A DNA stretch of 41,309 nt from an uncultured Pseudomonadales bacterium (GCA_964361885.1 CAYICL010000004.1:4116-45424), one strand, 5' to 3'. Positions 7,957-18,185 are shown, counted from the first letter of the stretch. The notes: a model not told the origin generated them from the sequence alone. A program made the numbers and translations.

Positions 7957-9423
7957 ATGGTTAAAAAACTTACTAAACTTTTACAGCGGCACTGGTTTAT
8001 TATCCTGCTTACTTTAATTGGTGCAGCTTTAAGACTCTACCGGATTGAAGCGAGTCTTCAATTTTTAGGCGATCAGGGTCGGGACGCGATCGTGATAAGA
8101 AATTTGCTCGTCAATCAAGACTTGCCTTTTATCGGCCCGATTACTTCAGTTGGCGGTTTTTACCTTGGGCCTTTGTATTATTATTTAATGGCTCCTTTCC
8201 TTTGGCTTAGTCGTTATAATCCGGTTGGTCCGGCTATTGCCACTGCCTTTATTGGCATTGTCACTATTCCGGCTTTATATTTGGTTGCTAAAACTATGTT
8301 GTCATTAAGAGCTGCACAACTGGCCGCTCTTTTATATACTTTTGCCGCTATTCCTATCAGCGCCACCCGCTCAGCCTGGAACCCCAACCCCATGCCTTTG
8401 GCCGCCCTGGGAATAGTTTTTGGTTTTTATATGAGTTTAACTACCAAAAAGCCCGGTTGGCTCTACTTGGCGGCTCTTTCCTTAGGAACGGCCCTGCAGC
8501 TTCATTACATGATTGTCTTTTTAGGCCCTTTTATTCTTTATCAGCTGATCTTAGTCTGGCGGCAAAAAAAACTTCGTCAATTTTTACCGGTCTGGCTGAC
8601 TATTATTCTTCTTATGATGTTACCCCTGATCTTATTTGAGTTTAAAAACCATTGGTTAAATTTTAAAGGCTTAATTGAGTTTTTAACTAAAAACAAATAC
8701 AACCACTTAAGCCTGTTACAAATAATTAAAGACATGCGCGGCCGGAGCGAACAAGTCATTGGTATGATTCTGGGTTTTAAAATCTACACCAACTTTATCC
8801 GCACCTGGATTACCCGGCTGGTATTAATTGCGGTTGTTTTTCTTTTAGCCAAAAAACCCAAACCGGGAGTGGTGATCATTAGTCTTTGGGTTTTATCCGG
8901 CATTGTCACTTTGGCAGTTTATCAAGCCAATATTTACCCTCATTACTTAGGTTTTCTTTTTCCCGCTGTTTTTATGCTTGCCGGTCAACTTCTGTCGTCT
9001 TTAAAAGGCAAACTCATGCCGCTTGCTCTTGCTTTTATAATCATTTTTTTAATCTATAATCTGACTTCGATAAAAAACCTAATTTTTCAAAACGGCAACC
9101 TTAAATCAGTTCAAACCACCGCTAAATTTATTTTAAAAGATATTGAAACTAATCATTATCAAAACTATAACTTGGTTTTATTAGACGATACCCGTGATTA
9201 TAAAGCCTACGGTTTCAGGTACTATTTGGAAGTTTACGGCGGCCAGCCTTTAGGTATTGCTGCTTATCCTGACACGGATATTCTTTATATCGTTTCGCCC
9301 TACCGTCAAACCGATGTTTTATCTGAACAGATTTGGGAGATTAATTCCTTAAAACCGGCTCAACTGACTCAAACTTGGGAGTTTTCCGCTTCTGAGAATA
9401 TTTATAAAATAGAAAGATTATGA
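7957..9423 (+). CDS. GT-C (ArnT/PMT-like) membrane glycosyltransferase
   Basis: N-terminal TM followed by LRLY...GDQGRD...GPITS..FYLGPLYYY, WNP and many TMs, then a soluble C-terminal domain. Confidence 0.75.
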   Translation: MVKKLTKLLQRHWFIILLTLIGAALRLYRIEASLQFLGDQGRDAIVIRNLLVNQDLPFIGPITSVGGFYLGPLYYYLMAPFLWLSRYNPVGPAIATAFIGIVTIPALYLVAKTMLSLRAAQLAALLYTFAAIPISATRSAWNPNPMPLAALGIVFGFYMSLTTKKPGWLYLAALSLGTALQLHYMIVFLGPFILYQLILVWRQKKLRQFLPVWLTIILLMMLPLILFEFKNHWLNFKGLIEFLTKNKYNHLSLLQIIKDMRGRSEQVIGMILGFKIYTNFIRTWITRLVLIAVVFLLAKKPKPGVVIISLWVLSGIVTLAVYQANIYPHYLGFLFPAVFMLAGQLLSSLKGKLMPLALAFIIIFLIYNLTSIKNLIFQNGNLKSVQTTAKFILKDIETNHYQNYNLVLLDDTRDYKAYGFRYYLEVYGGQPLGIAAYPDTDILYIVSPYRQTDVLSEQIWEINSLKPAQLTQTWEFSASENIYKIERL

Positions 9424-10169
9424 ACTTTGCTTTAACTGTTATTATCCCGGCCTACAATGAGATGGAAAACTTCCAAGCCTGCAAATTAAACCAAATAACC
9501 GATTATTTAACCCAAAAAAAATTACCCTGGGAAATAATTGTTATTGATGATGGTTCTACCGATGGCTCCAACTTATTGATAAAAAACTGGGTTTTAGGGA
9601 AACCCGGTTGGCGCTTTATTCAAAATCATCATCAAGGGAAAGCCGCGACCATCCAAACCGGAATTTCTCTGGCTAAAAACAAATTCACCTTATTTACCGA
9701 CTTTGATCAAGCCACCCCGATTAGTGAAGTAGAAAAACTTTTGCCTTTTATTAAAAAAAATTACCCAATCGTCATCGGTTCAAGAGAAATTAAAGGTGCC
9801 TTGCGTCAAAAAGAACCCTCGTATCGCCATTTGATGGGAAAAGTTTTTAATTTTTTAGTTCAGCTGGTGGCTGTTCGGGGTATTCACGACACTCAATGCG
9901 GTTTTAAAATCTTTAACACCAAGATTGCTCAACAATTATTTCGCTCTTTAAAAGTTTATCGGCCTAAACCGGAAAAATATGCTTTTACCGGCGCTTTTGA
10001 TGTTGAACTCTTGTTTATTGCCAATAAACAAAGAATTAAAATTGCCGAAGTCCCTATTTCTTGGTCTCACGAGGCTACCACTAGAGTCAATCCCTGGCGC
10101 GATTCTATCAGAATGTTTTGGCATGTATTAAAAATTAGGCTTACCGACCTTGCCGGTGGTTACCGCTGA
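9420..10169 (+). CDS. GT2, dolichyl/polyprenyl-phosphate beta-glucosyltransferase-like (Alg5-like)
   Basis: Motifs IPAYNE, DDGSTD, GK, FTDFD, IGSR, DTQCGFK and FDVELL. Confidence 0.82.
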   Translation: MNFALTVIIPAYNEMENFQACKLNQITDYLTQKKLPWEIIVIDDGSTDGSNLLIKNWVLGKPGWRFIQNHHQGKAATIQTGISLAKNKFTLFTDFDQATPISEVEKLLPFIKKNYPIVIGSREIKGALRQKEPSYRHLMGKVFNFLVQLVAVRGIHDTQCGFKIFNTKIAQQLFRSLKVYRPKPEKYAFTGAFDVELLFIANKQRIKIAEVPISWSHEATTRVNPWRDSIRMFWHVLKIRLTDLAGGYR

Positions 10170-10172
10170 GCT

Positions 10173-11288
10173 ATGCTTTTCTTTACTTTTATTTGGTTTT
10201 TACTTTGTCTTTTTTCTTTTACTCAGCAGGATTTAAACTTAACCCTTTACAATTTTCCGTTTTGGAATAATCTTCGCCAAACACTCCAGAACTTGGGTTA
10301 TTATTATCGTCCTTTAAATACCCTGATTTTTTTAGTTTTAGCGTTTCTTTTATCATTTTTCTATCTAAGACTAATCCGGCTGAAACAATCTCCCGTCCGA
10401 TTTTGGCCGCTGGTTATAATTTTATTAGCTTTGCCGGTTTACCCCATATTTTCTTATGACATTTTTAACTATCTTTTTAATGCCAAAATGGTTCTTATCT
10501 ATCAGGTTAATCCCCATATCCAAACCGCGATTCAGTTTGCCGCTGACCCCATGCTTCGTTTTATGCACAATGTTCATACTCCTGCCCCATATGCTTACGG
10601 TTGGACAGCCGCTTCCTTACTGCCGGGTTTGGCTTGGTTAACCCAAAATTTCACCTTGTCGCTCTGGTCAATGAAGTTATTTGTGGCGATATTTTGGTTA
10701 GGTCAGTTATTTATTCTAAAAAAATTAATTAACCGCCTTTTTCCAAAAGATTATTGGCGTTGGTGGCTGTTTGCCCTTAATCCTTTGGTATTAATGGAAA
10801 CTTTAATCGTCGGCCACAATGATGTGATGATGATGTTTTTAGCCCTTATCAGCTTTAACTATTTACTCAAATCCAAAAAAATCCTCGACAAATCCTGGCT
10901 GGTTAGCATTTTCTTTCTTTTTCTTTCAGCCAGTATTAAATATGCTACTGTTGTCCTCCTCCCTCTCTACTTTTTCAACCTTCAAGGTCTCTCCCTGAAG
11001 GTGAAAAAGATTGATATACCAAGCCTCATGTCCATATTGCTTTTAGCTGTCATGTTCGCCCGACCCGGGCAGCTGCACTCCTGGTATTTAATCTGGCCTT
11101 TAAGTTTTGCGGTTTTAAGTAAAAGTAAAACTATCGTTTCACTTTTTATTGCTCTATCGATCGGCGCCTTATTCCGCTACGCTCCCTATCTTTACTTTGG
11201 CCACTGGGATCCGCCGGTTTATTTACTCCGCAATCTGATTTGGATTGGGTCACTGCTTTTAACTCCCTTGATTAAAAAAGTGTTATAA
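10173..11288 (+). CDS. GT-C membrane glycosyltransferase (MptA/B- or GT87-like, polyprenyl-P-sugar dependent)
   Basis: Motifs SYDIFNY..NPH, APYAYGW, NPLVLME..GHND, SIKY and HSWY in a highly hydrophobic protein. Confidence 0.65.
   Translation: MLFFTFIWFLLCLFSFTQQDLNLTLYNFPFWNNLRQTLQNLGYYYRPLNTLIFLVLAFLLSFFYLRLIRLKQSPVRFWPLVIILLALPVYPIFSYDIFNYLFNAKMVLIYQVNPHIQTAIQFAADPMLRFMHNVHTPAPYAYGWTAASLLPGLAWLTQNFTLSLWSMKLFVAIFWLGQLFILKKLINRLFPKDYWRWWLFALNPLVLMETLIVGHNDVMMMFLALISFNYLLKSKKILDKSWLVSIFFLFLSASIKYATVVLLPLYFFNLQGLSLKVKKIDIPSLMSILLLAVMFARPGQLHSWYLIWPLSFAVLSKSKTIVSLFIALSIGALFRYAPYLYFGHWDPPVYLLRNLIWIGSLLLTPLIKKVL
10970..11009. repeat. Hairpin-forming palindrome inside the CDS
   Basis: CTTTTTCAACCTTCAAGG-TCTCT-CCCTGAAGGTGAAAAAG, with one bulge and one mismatch. 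Confidence 0.65.
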
Positions 11289-11314
11289 TTCAGTTTCTGG
11301 CCTGCCTGAAAAAT

Positions 11315-11956
11315 ATGCCAGGTTCTGCAGAAATAAGAATTATTAGACGACCGGATCTTCAAAAATTTATTAAGCCGATTGAAAGGCCGCGGGAACGATT
11401 TTTGCAAGCATTTGAAGCTACCGAAAACTGTATTGCTTTGGCGCGCCAAATGCATCCGGAAGATTCTCAAGGAGATTGGGGTCAGTGGAATTATCACAGG
11501 GGCTTTGGTCAGGGAACTTTATATGTTCCTTTAAAAAACAACGGCCTTTTGACTGTTTCTTTATCCTGTGGAGGAGAAATTGGACAAGACGATATTAATA
11601 AAGCTGGATTTGTTAGTTGTTATGCTTATTGGAAAACAGAAAAATTTAGCTACGGCTTGATTGTTTTGCCCGGAGGACAATGGTATGAAAGCAGAAACCA
11701 TCCCCGCGAAGCAGTTTTAAGAAAATTCTTTTTTTACCAACAGTCTTTAGGCGGTTTACTGTCTTTAGAAGAATTTGGTTCAAGTCAAACAGGTTGGTTT
11801 GCCGCAAATATAGCCGGCCTAAGAGATCTTAAACTTCAATTTGGTGCGGAAGAAATCCCTTGTGCTTTAGATGAAACATTATTTGCTGAACTTTTAAAAG
11901 AAAGACAGAAGTTTGGTCTAGTTCAGGAAGCTGAAGTAGAACGGGTTGTGCGGTAA
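11315..11956 (+). CDS. Hypothetical soluble protein (orphan-like)
   Basis: A 213 aa ORF filling the gap between two GT-C genes, preceded by TGTTATAAT (11281-11289). No family recognised. Confidence 0.6.
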   Translation: MPGSAEIRIIRRPDLQKFIKPIERPRERFLQAFEATENCIALARQMHPEDSQGDWGQWNYHRGFGQGTLYVPLKNNGLLTVSLSCGGEIGQDDINKAGFVSCYAYWKTEKFSYGLIVLPGGQWYESRNHPREAVLRKFFFYQQSLGGLLSLEEFGSSQTGWFAANIAGLRDLKLQFGAEEIPCALDETLFAELLKERQKFGLVQEAEVERVVR

Positions 11957-11984
11957 GGGTATTTTAGGTGATAAAATATTAGCT

Positions 11985-13421
11985 ATGGGAATTTTGTTTG
12001 TTATTGCCTTGTTTTTAGCCATCCGCTTAATTAACCTGACCTTATTGCCCATCTTTGCCGATGAGGCCATTTATATCCGCTGGGCGCAGTTGATTTGGCA
12101 AAAAACTTATTACTTTTTTATTCCTTTATCCGATGGCAAAACACCGCTGTTTATGTGGCTTTTGGCCCCTTTGCTTAAGTTGGGCGCCGATCCTCTATTA
12201 ACCGGCCGTCTTTTATCGGTTATCTCCGGCTTGGCCACTTTAATTGGCGTGTATTTTCTCGTCAAAACTCTATTTGATAAAAAAACAGCTTTGGTGGCGG
12301 CAATTTTAGTAATTTTCCAGCCATTTTTACTGTTTTATGACCGCCTCAGCATTGTTGATAGCCTTTTAACTGCTTTGACTGTTTGGTCATTTTATGTCAC
12401 TTATCTGTTATTAACTAAGCCATCGATAAAATTAGGCATAATTTTAGGTTTGTTAGCCGGGGCGGTCTTGCTGACCAAACCATCAGGTCTGTTATTTTTG
12501 CTTCTTAATACGCTTTTACTATTTCTTTTCCCTTTGAAGAAAATAAAAACCCTCGTCAAACCCGGTGTAGTGGCCGCTGTCATATCTTTGGGATTATATA
12601 ATCTTTTGCGTTTGTCCGACGCTTTTCATTTAATTAACTCCCGCAGCAGCGATTACTTAAGAAGCAGTCAGGAAATTATCCACGGTTTTACGCAATATTT
12701 CTTCCCCACTTTTAAAGTTTTCTTTTCTTGGCTGGTTAATTATCTCTCCTGGCCTGCCTTATTAATGCTTGCTGTCAGCTTGTTTTTGGCGGTGACTAAG
12801 CCTGCCAAAAAAATCCTCATCTTTTTTATCTGGATAATTATTCCTTTTTTGATTCAGGTCAGTATCGGTAAAATTATCTATCCCCGCTACCTGCTGCCGA
12901 TTATTCCGCTTGTAGCCATCATCCTTAGCTGGGGCGCAATTCAGCTTTGGCAAAAAAATAAACTGATCAGTCTATTTCTGGTCGCGGTGATTTTTACCAC
13001 TTGGCTGCGTTTTGACTGGTGGTTATTAACCAATCCGGCTCTGGCTCCCCTTGATCCCTGGGAGAGAAGCCAGTATCTTCAGCAATGGTCGGCCGGTTAT
13101 GGCTTAAAAGAAATCAAAGACTATTTAAATAATCTTCCTAAAGATAAACTAATTTTAGTGGCCACCGAAGGTTCTTTTGGCACCTTGCCGGACGGTTTAC
13201 AAATATTTTTTAATCAATCGGATCACATTCAAATCTTAGGTGTCGGTTTTCCGGATAAAACCGTTATTCCGGCAATGGAACAGGCATTACTATCCGGTCA
13301 ATCGGTTTATTTAGTTGTCAATGCCCATCGTTATAATTTATCTGCCTCCAATCGGCTAACCTTAATTAGTGAATATCCCAGGCCGGGAGGGGAAAAACTG
13401 GTTTTCTATGAAGTTCATTAA
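11985..13421 (+). CDS. GT-C (PMT_2/ArnT-like) membrane glycosyltransferase
   Basis: IRLINL..LPIFADEAIYIRWA, DGKTPLFMW, GRLLS, TKPS and PRYLL, with many TMs. Start set at the ATG at 11985. Confidence 0.8.
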   Translation: MGILFVIALFLAIRLINLTLLPIFADEAIYIRWAQLIWQKTYYFFIPLSDGKTPLFMWLLAPLLKLGADPLLTGRLLSVISGLATLIGVYFLVKTLFDKKTALVAAILVIFQPFLLFYDRLSIVDSLLTALTVWSFYVTYLLLTKPSIKLGIILGLLAGAVLLTKPSGLLFLLLNTLLLFLFPLKKIKTLVKPGVVAAVISLGLYNLLRLSDAFHLINSRSSDYLRSSQEIIHGFTQYFFPTFKVFFSWLVNYLSWPALLMLAVSLFLAVTKPAKKILIFFIWIIIPFLIQVSIGKIIYPRYLLPIIPLVAIILSWGAIQLWQKNKLISLFLVAVIFTTWLRFDWWLLTNPALAPLDPWERSQYLQQWSAGYGLKEIKDYLNNLPKDKLILVATEGSFGTLPDGLQIFFNQSDHIQILGVGFPDKTVIPAMEQALLSGQSVYLVVNAHRYNLSASNRLTLISEYPRPGGEKLVFYEVH

Positions 13422-15003
13422 AAAACATTGGTTAATCATCTTGTCAATAATAATTATTCTGCCGACAATTTGGCCTTTATTTCGATCTGATTTTTTTCGC
13501 ATGCACGACTGGACCCATGTCGCCCGCTTGGTTGAATTGGATGTGGCCTTAAAAGCCGGCCAAATACCTCCCCGCTGGGCGCCTGATTTTGGCTGGGGCT
13601 ACGGCATGCCTTTATTTCATTATTATTCTCCCTTGCCTTACTATTTGGCCGAACTGCTTTATTTAATAAAATTACCGGCTGTTTGGGCTATCAAAGCCGT
13701 TTTTGCTCTTAACTTTATCGCCGGTTTTTACTTTATGTATTTGTGGGCTAAAACTTTTTGGGGAAAACTTGGTGGTTTGCTGGCCGCCACCGGTTTTCTC
13801 TATTTGCCTTATCGGGCAGTTGATTTTTATGTCAGAGGCACTTTAGGCGAGTTGACCGCTATGACCTTTTTGCCTCTTTTATTTTACGCGACTCACCGGA
13901 TGGTTAATAGTAGTAAACCCAAGTTTATATTTCTAACCGCTTTATCTCTAGCTGGAATCTTTCTTTCCCATAGTCCGATTGCCTTATTTTCCATATTCTT
14001 TATTAGTTTGTACTTTCTGTTTCATCTAAAGTCTTGGTATAAATTCCTTTTTACCGGTTTGTTGGCTTTCGGGCTGTCTGCCTTTTTTATCTTGCCGGCT
14101 TTTTTGGAAAAGGATTTTACGATTGTATCTAAAATTGGCACAGGCTTCTTTCATTACTCGTTTCACTTTATTTACTTGCGCCAGCTTTTTACCCGTTACT
14201 GGGGATATGGCGGTTCAATTTTAGGACTTGAAGATAATATCTCTTTTCAACTTGGTTGGCCTCAAGTTATTTTAGCCGCCTTAGCTGGTTTGGTTTGGTT
14301 AGTCGCTTTTAAGCACAATAAAAAAGCGATTATAGCGGAATTAACTTATATTGCTATCGCTTTTTCTTCAGCTGTTTTTTTAATGACTTTTCACTCAAAA
14401 TTAATTTGGGATAAGCTGACGGTTTTACAAATAACTCAATTTCCTTGGCGGTTATTAACCTTTGCCGCTACTTTTACTGCTTTTGCCTCTGGTTCGCTTG
14501 CCTGGCTTATTACCAACAAAAAACCGTTAAGCTTAATTGTTGGCTTGTTGATTTTTTTAACGATTGGCCTTAATTTTACCTACTTCCGTCCGGAAAAATT
14601 TTCTTCCAGTGAAACCTTTTATTATACCGATCGAAACAAAATAAAATCTGAAACCAGTGACGCTTTATTTGATTATTTGCCGGTAACTGCCATTCGTCCC
14701 GAACATCCCAGTGATCAGCTGTTTAACTTCGATAAACTGGATTTTACCGCTCAAGGACCGGGAGATTATATTGTTAACCAATACTATTTTCCCGGTTGGC
14801 AGGCTAAAATTGATAACCAACCGGTTAAAATTGAACCGGATTCACAATTGGGTCGGATTAAAATTGACTTACCGTCGGGGGAGCATCGGGTAGAGATTAA
14901 ACTGGGTAAAACCGATATTCAACGCTGGTCAGACATTATTAGTCTTTTTAGTTGGTTAGTTTTATTAATTTACTTGATTAAACATGCCTCAAGATCTAAT
15001 TGA
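13408..15003 (+). CDS. 'PTPS-related'/YfhO-like membrane protein, probable GT-C
   Basis: HDWTHVARL...PPRWAPDFGWGYGMPLFHYYSPL, YLPYR..D.YVRG.LGE and QFPWR, plus a C-terminal YYFPGWQAKID soluble domain and terminal TM. Start set at the ATG at 13408. Confidence 0.7.
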   Translation: MKFIKKHWLIILSIIIILPTIWPLFRSDFFRMHDWTHVARLVELDVALKAGQIPPRWAPDFGWGYGMPLFHYYSPLPYYLAELLYLIKLPAVWAIKAVFALNFIAGFYFMYLWAKTFWGKLGGLLAATGFLYLPYRAVDFYVRGTLGELTAMTFLPLLFYATHRMVNSSKPKFIFLTALSLAGIFLSHSPIALFSIFFISLYFLFHLKSWYKFLFTGLLAFGLSAFFILPAFLEKDFTIVSKIGTGFFHYSFHFIYLRQLFTRYWGYGGSILGLEDNISFQLGWPQVILAALAGLVWLVAFKHNKKAIIAELTYIAIAFSSAVFLMTFHSKLIWDKLTVLQITQFPWRLLTFAATFTAFASGSLAWLITNKKPLSLIVGLLIFLTIGLNFTYFRPEKFSSSETFYYTDRNKIKSETSDALFDYLPVTAIRPEHPSDQLFNFDKLDFTAQGPGDYIVNQYYFPGWQAKIDNQPVKIEPDSQLGRIKIDLPSGEHRVEIKLGKTDIQRWSDIISLFSWLVLLIYLIKHASRSN

Positions 15004-16459
15004 AATCGAACCGGAATTAAGTGCCGAAACTATTAGTCAGCGGGCTGTTTCCGGTGTTTTGGTGTTGACTTTGCGGAAATTTGCCTTAAGGGCAATCAGT
15101 TATTTAGGCGGTATTTTCCTGGCCCGGCTGCTGGCTCCGGAAATTTTTGGCATTTTTGCCATTATCAGTTTTATTATTAACTTTTTCGCCTTTTTCTCCG
15201 ATGTTGGTTTGGGTGCCGCTTTAATTCAAAAAAAAGATAAATTAAACCCAAAAGATTTAGCCGTTACCTTTACTCTTCAGCAAATTTTAGTCGTTGCCGT
15301 GGTCTTGGCAATCTATTTGTCTGCTCCGTTTTTTTCTGCTAAATATCATTTGGGCCAGCAAGGAACTTGGTTAATCCGCATTTTTTCTTTATCATTGTTT
15401 TTAACTTCATTAAAAACCATCCCTTCAATCCTCCTGGAAAGGAAATTAAAATTTAATCTTTTAATCTGGCCTGAAGTTATCGAAGTCATCTCTTTCCAAA
15501 TATTAGCCGTCGGCCTGGCCTGGCTTGGTTTTGGGGTTTGGAGTTTTATTATTGGTTTACTCATCAGAAGTTTTTTGGGTGTTGCCGCCCTTTATCTTAT
15601 CTCTCCCTGGCGTCCTCGTTTGGCTTGGGATCTGCAGATTGCTAAAAGACTGGTGTCTTTTGGTATTCCTTTTCAGCTTAATGGTTTTATTGCCACCATC
15701 AAAGATGCCGTCATGCCTATTTTTGTCGGCGCTGTTTCCGGAGCCGCCGCCGTTGGTTATCTTAACTGGGCTTACACTTTTTCCAAGCTGCCGATTTTAT
15801 TCATGAGCGATATCTTCCGGGTGACTTTTCCTACTTATTCCCGGATTCAACATGACAAAGACATGCTTAAGACAGCCATCGAAAAAACCATCCGTTTTAC
15901 CAATTTATTTCTTTTTCCGGCTGTTTTTTTACTGGCGGCTACCGCCAAGCCGATTATTTCAATTATTTTTACCGACAAATGGCTGCCGGCTTTACCGGCT
16001 TTCTATATTCATCTTTTTGGTATCTTGGTCGTTGGTATTGCCAATACCTTTATGGACACTTTTTGGGCTCTGGGCCAAACCAGGATTGCCGTTAAACTGT
16101 TAATCATTTATACCATTCTTAACTGGGCTGCCAGCGTGCCTTTGGTTTACCGCTTTGGTTTCACCGGCGCGATGATCGGCTCAGTCATTGTTTTATTCGT
16201 TAGTCTGCCTTTAAGTTGGTATTTCATGAGAAAGATAGTTAAAGTTAAAGTTATCGGTAATATCCTGCCGGCTTTTATCGCCTCATTTTTAAGCGGTTTA
16301 GTCACTTTCCCAATCGCCAATCTGTTTGCCACCAGCCTTATGGGCTTACTTTTAGTTTTATTTACCGGTGGCTTAATTTATTTAATACTTTTACTTAGCT
16401 TTGAGAGAAATAAACTTCTGGTTGATATTCGCTGGTTAATAAAAAAAATAGCTATCTAG
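14984..16459 (+). CDS. wzx: Polysaccharide/oligosaccharide flippase (Wzx, PST/MOP family)
   Basis: LARLLAPEIFG, DVGLGAALIQKK, LLERKLKF, GVWS and VGY, with ~12-14 hydrophobic segments. Confidence 0.88.
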   Translation: MPQDLIEIEPELSAETISQRAVSGVLVLTLRKFALRAISYLGGIFLARLLAPEIFGIFAIISFIINFFAFFSDVGLGAALIQKKDKLNPKDLAVTFTLQQILVVAVVLAIYLSAPFFSAKYHLGQQGTWLIRIFSLSLFLTSLKTIPSILLERKLKFNLLIWPEVIEVISFQILAVGLAWLGFGVWSFIIGLLIRSFLGVAALYLISPWRPRLAWDLQIAKRLVSFGIPFQLNGFIATIKDAVMPIFVGAVSGAAAVGYLNWAYTFSKLPILFMSDIFRVTFPTYSRIQHDKDMLKTAIEKTIRFTNLFLFPAVFLLAATAKPIISIIFTDKWLPALPAFYIHLFGILVVGIANTFMDTFWALGQTRIAVKLLIIYTILNWAASVPLVYRFGFTGAMIGSVIVLFVSLPLSWYFMRKIVKVKVIGNILPAFIASFLSGLVTFPIANLFATSLMGLLLVLFTGGLIYLILLLSFERNKLLVDIRWLIKKIAI

Positions 16460-16470
16460 CGTTATAATAC

Positions 16471-17400
16471 ATGGTTATGCCTAAAACCACGTTAAAAAAA
16501 ATCTGTACCGTTGTCTTGGAATATCAAAATCCCAAGCTGACTTTACAAACGATTCAGTCTCTGAAAAAAGCCGTTCTCCCTCAAGGTTTTATCAATAAAA
16601 TTGTGGTTATTGACAACTCTCCGGTTCCTGACGGAACTCTGGAAAAATACTGTCAAGACAATCAGGATATTAAATTAATCACTTCCTTGCAAAACACCGG
16701 TTTTGCCAAAGGCAACAACCAAGGAATAAAGTACGGCTTAAAGCGGGGTTTCCAATATTTTTTACTGATAAATAATGATGTTAAGGTCCATCGCCAATTT
16801 TTATTTTACTTAATCTCTGGTATTAAGGCCGGTGCCGACATGGTTGTCCCCAAAATTTATTTTGCCAAAGGTTACGAATTTCACCAGAACCGTTATCAAC
16901 CTGATGAACTCGGTAAAGTTATCTGGTATGCCGGAGCTGAATTCGATTGGGACAATGTTTACTCTAAGCATATTGGTATAGATCAAGTTGATACAGGCCA
17001 GTTTAATCTTAGTCACGAAATTGAGTTTGCCAATTTTTGCTGCATTCTGATTAAAAAAGAAGTTTTTAAGGCCATTGGGTTTTTAGACGAGCAATATTTT
17101 CTCTACTGGGAAGATGGTGATTTTTCTGTTCGGGCTTTAAAGGCAGGTTTTAAAATTCTCTTTGAGCCCAGGGCCGTTATTTGGCATAAAAACTCCAGTA
17201 GTTCCGGTGCCGGGTCTAAACTTCACGATTACTATCTGACTCGAAACCGCTTGCTCTTTGGTTTTAAGTATGCCTCTTTCAGAACCAAGCTGGCTTTAAT
17301 TAAAGAAAGTTTCAGGAAGTTATTAACCGGCCGCCCCGGCGAAAAACAAGGTATAATTGATTTTTACTTGCACCGTTTAGGTAAAGGCAGAACCGTATGA
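16471..17400 (+). CDS. GT2 glycosyltransferase (WbbL/RfbF-like)
   Basis: Motifs IDNS, NTGFAKGNNQG, LINND, FLDEQYFLYWED and IWHK. The start may be the ATG at 16477. Confidence 0.85.
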   Translation: MVMPKTTLKKICTVVLEYQNPKLTLQTIQSLKKAVLPQGFINKIVVIDNSPVPDGTLEKYCQDNQDIKLITSLQNTGFAKGNNQGIKYGLKRGFQYFLLINNDVKVHRQFLFYLISGIKAGADMVVPKIYFAKGYEFHQNRYQPDELGKVIWYAGAEFDWDNVYSKHIGIDQVDTGQFNLSHEIEFANFCCILIKKEVFKAIGFLDEQYFLYWEDGDFSVRALKAGFKILFEPRAVIWHKNSSSSGAGSKLHDYYLTRNRLLFGFKYASFRTKLALIKESFRKLLTGRPGEKQGIIDFYLHRLGKGRTV

Positions 17401-18185
17401 AATTAAGCGTTGTTATTTTGACCCATAATAGCAGTGATGTTATCCGGGGTTGTTTAAACTCGATTAAAACTGCTGACGAAATTATTATTATTGATGATTA
17501 TTCAAGCGATTCAACTTTATCTTTAGCTAAGCTTTTTCAGCCAACAATTATTCAAAACAAATTATCCGGTTTTTCCCACCAGAGGAATTTAGGCCTTAAA
17601 CAAGTCAAGTCAGACTGGGTGCTGTTTCTTGACTCTGACGAGAGAGTGCCCAATCAACTTTTTAACGAGATTAAAACCGTCATGAAAGACCCTTCTTATT
17701 CTGCTTACCGGATGAAACGGTTGAATTATTTTTTTGGCCAAGCCGTTAAGCATGGCGGTTATTGGCCCGACTGGCAAACCAGGCTTTTTAAGGTTAAAGA
17801 TTTTCAGCGCTTTATTGGTGAGATTCACGAAACCCCTCAATTCTCCGGGAAATTAGGCAACCTTGATCATCACTTAATCCACTTTTCTCATAAAAACTTA
17901 ATCGAGGGCTTACAAAAAAGTCTTAAATGGACTCAAAAAGAAGCTTTTGAATTCGTTAAAACCAACCACCCTCAAATTACCTGGTGGCGGATGGCTAAAG
18001 TTATGCTTTGGGAATTCTGTTTTAGATATTTTAAAAAGAAAGCTTTTCTTGATGGTTATATCGGTTTTACCGAAAGCTTGATCCAGGCAATCAACCGTTT
18101 TTTTGTTTATCAGCAAATCTGGGAACTGCAGCAAAAGCCGTCTTTAAAGGAACAATATCTTAAACTTGATAAGACTAATCAATGA
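17397..18185 (+). CDS. GT2 glycosyltransferase (LgtF/KdtX-like)
   Basis: Motifs DEIIIIDDYSSD, FSHQRN, WVLFLDSDE, PDWQTRLF and IHE. Confidence 0.85.
   Translation: MKLSVVILTHNSSDVIRGCLNSIKTADEIIIIDDYSSDSTLSLAKLFQPTIIQNKLSGFSHQRNLGLKQVKSDWVLFLDSDERVPNQLFNEIKTVMKDPSYSAYRMKRLNYFFGQAVKHGGYWPDWQTRLFKVKDFQRFIGEIHETPQFSGKLGNLDHHLIHFSHKNLIEGLQKSLKWTQKEAFEFVKTNHPQITWWRMAKVMLWEFCFRYFKKKAFLDGYIGFTESLIQAINRFFVYQQIWELQQKPSLKEQYLKLDKTNQ

Noticed and set aside
11946-11984. ORF-track upstream starts (11946, also 1717, 1720, 13369, 25052, 29954)
   Set aside because: These starts add atypical extensions. Downstream ATGs fit homolog-like N-termini, gene overlaps or -10 spacing better.
13408-15003. Pterin biosynthesis role implied by the 'PTPS-related' family name
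   Set aside because: The protein is multi-TM with GT-C/YfhO-like features, and no T-fold PTPS motifs are visible.
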